Shown here in pieces: positions 11,901 through 21,992 of a stretch of 64,000 bases of DNA; the first letter of the stretch is position 1; each line of letters begins with the position of its first letter. This DNA is from Bugula neritina (Eukaryota; Animalia; Bryozoa): contig OZ037770.1 of the NCBI GenBank assembly GCA_964035545.1, positions 4,248,662 to 4,312,661 of the forward strand, read 5' to 3'. Position numbers and translations under genes: made by a program. The notes under the pieces were generated by a model. It was given only the letters and a program-made list of their open reading frames with translations, was not told where the DNA came from and did no database searches.

Positions 11901-14893
11901 TAAATGCAATGGCAAATCAACAGAATTGTGAAAATTTACAATTTATACGTTACAATGCTTTTTACAAATTTGCAGGTCTGGGGGTTGGTTTAGCTTTCCA
12001 ATCAATGGTTTGGGTCACAACTATGTACTTTGAAAAAAGAAAAGCGACAGCTGTTGGTTTGGTTACAGCAGGAGCTGGTTTAGGGACTCTTACTCTCCTA
12101 CCCCTCTGCAGAACCTTGTTTGATAATCTAAGCTATCAGGAAGCATTGATTGTCATGTCTGCCATAACAATGCAGTTTATTGTTCTGGTCATGCTGATCA
12201 GACCTGAATCTTATTGGCAAGGAATCTCTCACCAACTCAGGTAAAATGCAATCAACTGAATAGTTGGAATTACAATATTTTGGGTTTTCGTTATATAAAC
12301 CTCAAACTTTATATTTATGGTATTATTATGCTTTGAAATAAATAATTTAGTGAGAAACACTTTTTTAAGCTAAGTTTTATATTAACAACTTGTTAAACAG
12401 ATTGCTATAACAAAAATGGAGTTAGACATTTTACTGGTAAAATAGCATGAAGCTTTAACGGCTTCTTTGCATATTTGGATTTGTTTATTTCAGCTTTACA
12501 AAAAAATAAATGACACAATTCATTTTGTAGTAGAAATAATCAAAATGTTATTAGAACAGAGTTGAAGGAAATACATGGAGATGACAAATTGGTGAAAGGG
12601 GAAATCTGTAGAGATTCCATAACCAGCCTCAATGGTGAGTCTGCATCATCGATAGGTCATAGAGAGCTTGAATTTGCATGTCTTTTTAAAAATTGAAAAT
12701 ATTTATCTAATAAAACAGTATATTATTTCTGTGAATTTTCAGATGAATTTAGCAAACAAGCAATGAATATAAACTCAAGCAGTCAAAACGAGCTAGTTGA
12801 GGGTACAGTCGGCACTAACAAGGTAGAGATTACAGTGCAACAAGCCATCAAGTGTTTTGTATTAGAGAACTTGTTTTGTAAGAACACAGATTTTGTAGTT
12901 CAGTTTAGCAGTTTGACCTAATTCAAAAATCAAATTTTATATGTCAAAACTAAAACCTGCATAATACACATTTCAGAATGAACAGTGTAGAATGGAAAAG
13001 GATTCTGTTTCACTGAGAGACATGCTACGTCTACTACTGACCAATAAGATGTTTCTTATTTTCCTTCTTTCTTCATTTTTAATGATGCAATCCTTTGCTT
13101 CCTCTTTTGTAATATTTCCACTATATACCGAAGAGAAAGATATAGCCAAGTATCATGTGAGTATCTGTTATTTTTATTGTCATTAAAATAGCAGACTGAT
13201 TTTTTTATTATGTACTTCACCTACAACTGAGAGTCTAATTATAACATTTAAACTTTGCCATTAGTTATTTAAAACAACTTTTTAAATCTTTAGTCTAGAA
13301 AAGGCAAATATAATTGCTCTTGGGTTTCTCTATAAAATGTGAAAATGATACTAATATTATAGTATGGAGTATGACATATATTGATGTATGTATATACTAT
13401 AGCAACCTACAGTATGGTATCATTCATGTATAGTATGACAATTACATGTATAAGATAAACAATACCCTAAATTTATGCTGTCTATGTCCAAGAAGGTTTG
13501 CTAAAAAAATAAGACGGGGGTGCAAGTAAAACTCTAAATTATGAAATCGTTTAGTCATGAATTGAAAGCTTTAACTTATCTGATGACAAAATAAAACAAT
13601 GTTTGATATCCCCAGCTGCTTAGGTTATCCACCACTGCTTAGTTTATCCACCACTACGTAGGTTACCCACCATTGCTTAACTTATCCACCCCTGCATAGG
13701 TTATCCAGATTTAATGGGAAACAGATTTAGCTTGTGGGGTGTCAACTTTTCACCAATGTAGTGGAATTTTATACAAAATATTTTGATCATGTAGATATCA
13801 ATGGCATTCATTGTCTACGGAGTTACTGAGATAGCTGGAAGAATCTTTCAAGGTTTGGTAGCCAATCAGAAGTGTGTATCAGTTCTGTTCCAACTCGGTG
13901 TTTCCTCTATTAGAGCAGGATGTAGCATACTACTGCTAGCTTTATGGACAGAAAAAGAGGCTCTCTACATTTCTTTCCTCTTTCTGGGTTTGCAAAAATT
14001 TTTTTACGCTTATAAATTATCTTTATTATAATAATTTGGAACCAATTTGTTATAAATATTCATTACAAAATCCTGCAAGAAAAATTGCCAGCAAATCATT
14101 TTCATAAAATTTCTCAACACGCACGCACTCGCTCACTCGCTCACTCGCTCACTCACCACACACTCACTCACTCACTCGCTCACTCGCTCACTCGCTCACT
14201 CGCTCACTCGCTCACTCGCTCACTCGCTCACTCGCTCACTCGCTCACTCGCTCACTCACTCACTCACTCACTCACTCACTCACTCACTCACTCACTCACT
14301 CACTCACTCACTCACTCACTCACTATGTAGCTATATGTATATAAATAAATCAATGTAGTGTTACTTATTGAATATATAGTTGAAATTGTTGACGGATGTA
14401 ATTTATCAAACGCTTTGCAAGAAATATATTTAATAACTTTGAGTAATGAGATTCTATTGTGACTATTTACAGGTGTATTTAATGCTGCTACTATGAGTTT
14501 ACCTCCCCTTGTGATCTTAGAGAGATTTCACAGCAATATTGCTTCGTTTGCAAACGGAATAGTTTTCTGTGTGCAAAGTTTCTCTGTAATTTTAAGCTCT
14601 GTCATATGCCGTAAGTACACTTATTCTTTATTCTATTCAATAGGGGAAAATCAAAGTTCACATATACTTTTATACACAATATAGCATGCCACACATTTGA
14701 TTTATACAAAAATCAGATATATCAATTGTCTTTTTCAGCTAAACTTCAGATTCTCTCTAACTCATGGAACAGTGTGTTGTACTACTTCGTAGTGACTCTA
14801 TTGCTAGCAGGGGTAATAAACATTGTTATCAGTAAGTTCTTTTCTGTGGATGTGAAGTTACAGCTTTGCAAGAAAATAAAGCAAGACATATAA
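2915..14893 (+). CDS. Monocarboxylate transporter-like (SLC16 family) MFS transporter, 10 coding exons: 2915-2972, 10692-10835, 11714-11854, 11976-12240, 12531-12634, 12743-12822, 12977-13156, 13795-13987, 14473-14610, 14739-14893
   Basis: All introns GT-AG with compatible phases and no in-frame stop. N-terminal PVDSRYSWVV (SLC16 PDGGWGWVV-like), YFEKRKATAVGLVTAGAGLG motif, LIRP at the end of TM6, hydrophilic central loop, second TM bundle (EIAGRIFQG). Confidence 0.88.
3200..7426 (-). mobile_element. Decayed Ty3/Gypsy LTR retrotransposon (Mag/K02A2.6-like), 5' LTR missing; putative 3' LTR 3200-3476; lies in intron 1 of the transporter
   Basis: Order gag-PR-RT-RNaseH-IN on the minus strand. 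Putative 3' LTR reads TGTT...AACA, is preceded by purine-rich GGAGA and contains TATAAATA and AATAAA; LTR limits are uncertain without a partner LTR. Confidence 0.9.
3518..7426 (-). pseudogene. gag-pol pseudogene of the Mag-like element (many stops and frameshifts)
   Basis: Gag WKIFKRDFELFL and zinc knuckles CGNCGGNH / CIHCKKFNHFAANC; protease FQLYTGAS (DTG mutated); RT LFGIASASEEFQR and IVADDIL; RNase H IQTDAS; integrase HTDNGPQF and PQSNGKTESAVK; C-terminus RERKPPSWMANYVPS*. Confidence 0.92.
7443..9660 (-). mobile_element. Truncated copy of CACAG-terminal DNA element family A, inverted relative to 19431-21992
   Basis: Starts CACAGTTAGTTTAAGGTCAT; reverse complement of about 19795-21992 at roughly 90% identity by eye; second terminus absent, replaced by the pentamer satellite. 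Confidence 0.92.
9661..10388. repeat. (GTGTA/GTGCA/GTATA)n pentanucleotide satellite
   Basis: About 145 pentamer units visible; source of the HYTTL ORFs. Confidence 0.97.
10513..10675. repeat. Degenerate (TATAC/TACAC)n pentamer array in opposite orientation to the previous array
   Basis: Visible units are reverse complements of GTATA/GTGTA. Confidence 0.85.
11240..11559 (-). mobile_element. TRIM-like mini-element: two ~100-bp tRNA-Ala-like direct repeats (11240-11340, 11457-11559) around a ~115-bp spacer
   Basis: TG...CA outer ends; flanking duplication TGAGT (extendable to ACATGAGT); each repeat has B box GGTTCGAATCC, a CTTGCAA loop and TTTTT; purine tract GGGTGGGAG precedes the downstream repeat. 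Confidence 0.6.
13617..13707. repeat. 19-bp minisatellite, ~4.5 copies (TTAGGTTATCCACCACTGC-like)
   Basis: Visible tandem units in intron 7 of the transporter. Confidence 0.8.
14117..14324. repeat. (CTCACTCG)n/(CTCA)n microsatellite
   Basis: Visible array. Confidence 0.95.
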
Positions 14894-16255
14894 ACATATG
14901 AAATAAATTGTGAAAAAAGAAAAACTTTCAGAAAACTTAATGCGTAATAATTAAATTGAAGTATCTTTTACTTTTCAGTCTATAATCAACTGTACTTTTT
15001 AGATGAATAACAATATTTTATCTCACATACAGTTTTACTTATGTATTTTTTGTTAGACTTTTCTTACAAAACATGTGTTTTTTATTGCATATTGATCAAA
15101 CTAATGTGATGAATTTTTTGCTGAATTTTAACCAAATTTTAAACATACAAAAACGATTTACAGGCTTTCAAGAACCCAGTTTACTCATGAACGACATGTT
15201 GAACGACACAAACTAGTATCATTCCATTATGGTTTTGGCTCCTCAATACTATAATATAAATACATGACACAAATTATTGTTTTCAGATCACATACTGTAT
15301 AAACTCTTCTAAATTTATGATTTCTTATGGGTAGCGTTGTAGTCATGACCTCATGAATTGAATAATTTAACTTAGAATTAAAAAATAGATTAACAAAAGA
15401 AAATGTTTTCTACAAATAAACTTTAGTTACTCATTGCTGCATCTCTACAGATTAAAGTGACTTTAAAGTAATACGTACACTTTACTTTACAACACCTCAG
15501 TTCTTGTAGTTCAGCGCATACTTTACAAGTGTCCAAATCCTGAGCTATTTTTATTAGAACACATGAACACTATACAAACACAGCTGAGAGCACCATAGCT
15601 ATATTTGGTAGCTTATAGAAAGATTAACCAGAAATGCCATGATGTGACATATTCATTTAGATATGCAAATAACCATCACTTTGTGCATATAGAAAGACTG
15701 TCGTCTAATCCCCTTTGAATTGCATCTTGTGTAAAACATTTCTGAAGCTATTGAATTAAAATGAAATGTAAATGTTAATTGTTATTACTAGTAAAGACAG
15801 TTTGTTTTCATCAAAAGTGAAAAACTACTTGCTTAAGACAGTTCATTGCTTCAAAAAGTTCAGGTATGTAGTAGACTGACTTAGTGATAACAAGAGTTTT
15901 TCATTTGTTAATGAATATTTACCTGTACACAAATTAATTTCATTTCCTGCCCTGGAAAACCAAAATATGTATCTAAAACTCATTTGATTTGACTTTATAT
16001 ATATGTCATATAGGAAGTTTATATGGCCATTCAAGTGCAGCTAACTGTTTGGAAGCTAGATAATTGCGTAGAAAATTATTAGACATACATAATGACCAAT
16101 TTTTATTTCTGTTTTTTTCATGTAGGTGAGATGAAAAATAAATGAAAATAAGATTATAATTTAGGTTAAACTATACTACAATGTTTCAACACTAACTTTT
16201 ACAACAATAAATACAACTATTTGAAAAAATAACGACTTTGTTGATAAAAATGAAA

Positions 16256-17172
16256 TTAATGTAGTCTCACTGTTGACTTCTTCAAGTTGAATAGATTAAA
16301 TACATGAATACGGTAGCCTGGAGTCATGAGAAAATATAGCCCAACATTTAAAATGCTATAAATTGTCATGTGGAAAAATGAAATCCATCTCCATAGAGAT
16401 CCCATGTTGTATAGGGCATCATCAATGCTATTAGAAATCACTGATATGACTGTTGGAATGTAAGACAGGTAGAGAGCAATGAATACTATCATGATGTACT
16501 GAGCAGATCTCTTCACTATCAGATCATCTTGTCCTGGAACTGAACTTCTTGATTGAATTCTCTTCAAGTCTCTCCAAACGTTTGAGAGGCAGATGGCAGA
16601 AGTAACGAAAGCAGTTGTGGTAGATCCAGCAAAGGTAACACTTGCCTGGATGTTAGGTTTTTCTGGCATATAGCGCCAAACTCACCAAAGCAATACTCTC
16701 CAAAGTCTGTGGCAAAGACGATTGTCATGAGAATAAAGCTGATTATCCAAATAAGACTTGTGCATAGGTTTATTATAGTAACTACTTTGTTAGTGTTTTT
16801 CTGATAAGGACGACATATGGAGATGTATCGCTCATAGCTGCCAATAGCTAAGAAAAATTTTCTAGCAATAAAAGTAACCCCAGCAAATATAGCAGCCGCT
16901 ATCTGGAATATCTGAGCACCAGCAGTTGGTAAACAAAAGACAGCTTGTCTGTTCAACTCACAGTTGACTACCAGAGAGAAGGTAGAGTAGGTTACAATAT
17001 CACATGTACCAATGTTCACTACTATCCAGAAATTTGCTGTTCTCTTTGATTTGTCTAATGTTTTGAGAAAGAACAAATTGGTGATGTTTAATAAAACACT
17101 GAAAATGTTCAGATATGACAACACTGCTGATTCATTAGAGCTTGTACAGAAATTTGTGATTTCAGTACACAC
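16256..17172 (-). pseudogene. Intronless rhodopsin-family (class A) GPCR, probable pseudogene
   Basis: Overlapping ORFs 16564-17172 and 16256-16669 join by a frameshift near 16665. TM1 SVLLN, TM2 NIGTCD, TM3 SYERYISICRP (DRY-like), TM6 LSYIP, TM7 LNVGLY (NPxxY-like). No in-frame ATG before an upstream stop. Confidence 0.85.
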
Positions 17173-17818
17173 AACACTTTTAATTTTTCACGACGAAATA
17201 TAGCCTTTCAATAAAATATTGCTTTTAAACACAACTCGCTTCACTGATTCCACTTCAGTAAATAGATGTAGAATAATTAGTTTGCTTAAAAACACTTCAT
17301 TGGCTAAAAGACAACTAGAGCATTGGCTTTTAACAAGACACCCGAATGATGCAAGTGAAGTTGTTTTCACTAATTTGATTAGGAAAACTAGCAAAAAATA
17401 GTTTGATGCAACAATGTCCAATTATTTTAATTGATGATTTAATGATGTAGTGGCTCGTAGAGCCACAATAATAGAAACAGGGACTCATTAGTTTCCCCTT
17501 TTGGTATACTCTTAATGCAGCACTCAGCAGACATGCAAGGATGGCGTGGCCTCTAAATGACTGTCGAATCAGGAGTGATTTTAGTTAGATATGTTAGCAT
17601 GACTGGTTAATTTATAGTTGAGCTCAGTTAGAGATAGCAAAGTAATGAGATGTGATTTATGTACAGAATAGTTTTTCTTAGCTTGTGTGACTTCTTCTTG
17701 TTTATTATTTGGATAAAGTATAGACTTTTATTATCATATGTGAAAAATCTGTGGAGTTACTGAACAATGCAATAAATATACTATACACTTAGAACCCACA
17801 TGCAAAAAATCATAACAG

Positions 17819-17836
17819 TGGTGGCAGCAGTGGGAT
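17819..17836 (+). promoter_or_regulatory. Primer-binding site, tRNA-Leu type
   Basis: TGGTGGCAGCAGTGGGAT, 1 nt after the 5' LTR; 17/18 complementary to the tRNA-Leu 3' end ATCCCACCGCTGCCACCA. Confidence 0.88.
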
Positions 17837-19430
17837 AAGCTGGTGTATCGAAGATGGCAGAGAACGATGTTATATTTAAATCACGGCTGATAGAAGGTGA
17901 GCGTGATGATAATGTTATTATGGAGAACCCCGTGGTAGAAGAGAAAGTGGCTTATAGAGAGCTGACTGGCGATAGCTATCGGCTGAAGGCCCCTACCTTT
18001 GCGGGCAACGAAGACGTGGAATAGTTCATAATGGAATTCAGGGACGCGATGGAAGTCACTCAGTGGCCACCCCGGGTGGCACTGTTGCAGCTGCGGATGT
18101 TGTTAATAGACAAGGCCAAGCCCTATGGGTTAGGACCTGACATCGACAGCATCTTCGCTTCGCTGCGGGCCTGGTTTGGCATCTCCGCCATAGACGTTAG
18201 GGCCCATTTACAGAGGCTGCGGCATGACCCCCGCACCTCACTGTAAGAGCACGCCACCGCGGTGATGAAGCTGGCGCAAATTGCGTACAGCGACCTGCTT
18301 CAAGCTAACCGTGAGCAATACATTTTTGATGCTTTTGTGCAGTCCGTCAATGACCTAGAGCTCCATCAACAGTTTCTGGTGAGAGGAGTCACGACAGTCA
18401 AAGACGTCTTTGCGGACGGAGAAGCCTACCTCCTGGCAAACCAGATGCACAGGAATCGGGGAGCCTCCCACCAGGTGAAAGTAGGGCCGTTGGCCGCTCG
18501 AGACGACACTAATGTGGGACCTCCCCCAGCTATCGCCGTAGGGCAGTTACCAACAGCATCAAAGGTCGCGCAACTGACTGACATGTTAGCTGAACTGCTG
18601 GTGGCGCTCAAGCCAAAACCCACTGGAGGTACTGCCTATGAGCCCCTAGGCCGTCGGTGAGACCAACGAGGAATACAGCTACCTTCTGCTGGGAATGTGG
18701 GAACCTAGGACACTTCAGAAGATATTGCCCTCTTTTATCTCAGGAGTTAAACGACCACGGCCTGCAGGGGTTCCCACCAACTGCGGGCCAGAAATAAACT
18801 TGTCAGGGAAGAGGAGACGCAGACATCCTGAGGAGAGGGCGCGAATGGACGCTCAGGAGTGCAAACAGCCGAGGCGGAGGGACAGACAACATTACCCAAA
18901 GGCTGCCCTTTTTTAGGCCACACCGCAACAGCTTCAATGAATTACCAACGCCATTGTCTGGGTGGGGGCTGCCACAACCTCAGCACGGAGTACCTCCCCC
19001 CCACTGAACTAGGCTCGCAACTGTCGGATATTACCTCACACCGGACTCACAGCGAGAGGGGTGTCCCCTGTCAAGAAACGGCACAAAGAAGGAGCAAGAG
19101 TACAGCCCCACGAGAACAGCTATTTCTTACCCGGCAAAATAGCGGGCAAAGCTGTCACCTTCCTGTTAGACTCGGGCTGCACTACGAACCTCATAAGTCG
19201 TCAACTCTTTGACACCCCCAGCGCTAAACTCCGGGGCGAGATGGAACCATACGAAGGAAAATACGGCATCCAGGCAGACGGGTCGTGCATTCCTTCTATG
19301 GCGTAGCAGAGCTGACAGGATATGTCCGAGATCAGGCTATCCGAAAAACGTTCATCGTCAGTCAGCTAAAAGAAGATGCTATCCTCGGCTTGCCGTTTTT
19401 GAAATGGCACGGATGATGCATTGACTTTAG

Positions 19431-21992
19431 CACAGTTAGTTTAAGGTCATACTTTTCAGTTTCTGGCTCTTTGCCAGGTGCTTTATGTTCTATATGAACA
19501 ATGTTCCACTGATAGCTCGAACAGGTTGAATGTCACAAGAACAAAAAAAATATGAAAAAATAAAGAAACTTATGTTCTCCAATATACTTTTTTATTTTTT
19601 TCAAAAGTCAATTAATGTTTAAGTTATAGCTTGTTGAAAAACATAGTCCCCCTTCCACATTCTTTTTAATTTATACGCTCCTGATTTGTTATTGCGTCTC
19701 AATATGCCTTGTATATGAGTGCCCGTTAGTCTCGCTTCACTAACTTTGCCTATATTACACAAGTGCCAGTGCTGCTGGCTCAAAAGCTAAATGTTATAAA
19801 CTGTCAGCTAAAACCCAATGTTGTATTCCTAAGTTGGTTGGCCTAAATAAAACAATAGTCAAATCATGATTTTAAAAATTTACTCTATTCTAACCTGCTG
19901 CCTAGCTAATTCTATTTTTGATGTATAATTATAGAATTTGTGATACATTTTTTTGGCAACCATCCTAGTTATAAAATGCAGTAATGGTACTTATAATATT
20001 ATATTATTATCACTATAATATATTATATAGTATTATCTGTGTTTTTATTATACTGCATAATATATATTTTATTATTGCTGTTGTGCAAACAAGTGCAATT
20101 AACCTAGTTTTCAAAATGTACCTCTAAATCATCAGAATATCAGTTTAGATATTTTCATGCTTTGTTAGGTAAACCTAAAAAAAGAGGCTGTATTCCCAAA
20201 GTAAAGGGTGTTGAACTATGAACTATATTAGATTAGCCACTCTGCTACCAAGTGCATCAGTATAATATTATATGAATAGCTCTAATGCTTTGTCTCCGGT
20301 GGCTGGCTGCGATATGATAACTTGGCCAACTTCCAAGAGTTTAAAATTGGCGCAATTATTCAAGAGGTTACATACTGCACAGAGCTAGCAGTGATAGTAA
20401 CCTTGCTATTGACAATACTTATTACAACTGCCAGCATATAAGCTGCATTGTAGAATGCCGTTGGGGTAGGCTAGTAAAACCAAATTCTGCTCTCTAATAT
20501 ACCTTAGACACAATGCAGCAACATAGTTTTTAGTTTCAAATTACATTGCCACCCTTACGTGACCTGTGGGCTTTGTAAAGATTCATCTGATTAGAGATTT
20601 ATGCTATAGGCCCTACCTGTGCTAGTGTATGATGAAAATAACACACCATTGTCAAAGTTAACTTCAAGTATGTTGTTTTCCAGAAACTCAGTATTGTCCA
20701 TTTATCTCTTGCATACAAATACTTATGTAATAGCATACAGTTTAAGTTTTATTTTAGAGCACATCTGCAAACTCTACAATAAGTGCTTGCTTTACCAGTC
20801 TATTTCAGACCTGTTTTTGTAGCTAGTAATACGCAAGCTACTTATTTTCAAACTTTTGGGTTTTTTGTTCAAAACCATTAGCTTTGCTAGTAACCCGAGG
20901 CTATTGCAACAGTTCACTGCTAATCAACATGAATTGACAGCCTAATAATTATAACCCATTTGCGCGGAATATTTATGTATTAATAGTTACTGATATAGTA
21001 AGCTCTTTCTTAACACGACTGCATGGTCCAGAGGTTAAAGGCGTTGGTGAGGAGGTGGTTGGTCATGGTTCAACCCTAATATGTCGTAATTTTTTTTCAA
21101 CTTATGCAAATCCTACGCATGTATAATAAAGATGGCTATAATTGTAAAGTTTTTTTTAACTTTTGTTCAACAGTAAGACAACATACATGCATAATAATTA
21201 GATACTGAACACTGGGCTAAACCTTAAATTGATCTTATAGAATACAATGTACTTAAAATAATCATATGTGAATTAGAGAAACTGAAAGTACACCTGCTGC
21301 ACTATAGACAGACCTTTACTGACAATACTGCAAAGTGAAGTGATTTAGCTGAAATTAACTCTGCCAAACAAACAAAGAATTGTGTTGTGCTGAGGTATTT
21401 TCAATAGATTGTAACATAGTGAGATGATTCAGCTAAGTGCTAATGTAAAACAGGGAACATTATATTGGCAGAAATTCAATAGATTGCCAATTTGTGCGAA
21501 AGGGTACTATATGTTATTGTGATAGCGCGCAGAGCGGCAAACGTACTAAGAATGTTATAATTAGTCACAGGAGCGTAGCTAGAACCACCATAAGAAGAAT
21601 TTAGAAAATTGCTGTGAAACTTGCAAAATGGTGTATGTTTTTACCAAATTGTGAAGAGCATAAACAGAATTTCAAAAAACAAAGAACGTATATTAGAGAA
21701 AACATATCAAGGAATGTCAAGTTTAACTTTTAGACTTTATAAAATGAATCCCCTGTGCTACAGCAGTGGAACATGGAGGGTGTAAAATTTTACTTATTAT
21801 GCAACAACTTTTTCAGAAAATTTTTTATTGAAAAATTAAAAAAGTATATGAAAGAGGAATGCAAGAGCTATCTTTTCATGTAAAATTTAATAATGTGAGA
21901 CAAAAACTGTTCGAGCTATCCCCTGGAAACCGTTTATATATAACATAAAGCAGTGCCTGAATCTGGAAAGTAATGACCTTAAACTAACTGTG
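19431..21992 (+). mobile_element. Non-autonomous DNA transposon family A (CMC/CACTA-like), complete, 2562 bp, nested in the Gypsy pol region
   Basis: Perfect 20-bp TIR CACAGTTAGTTTAAGGTCAT, imperfect to ~100 bp; 2-bp TSD AG; flanks rejoin to a sequence homologous to 41631-41660. Confidence 0.93.

Noticed and set aside
13617-13707. CRISPR-like array
   Set aside because: Contiguous tandem units with no unique spacers; eukaryotic context and no cas genes.
19431-19450. RAG/Transib-type RSS heptamer (CACAGTG) termini
   Set aside because: Only CACAG matches, TSDs are 2 bp rather than 5 bp, and no RAG-like ORF is visible.
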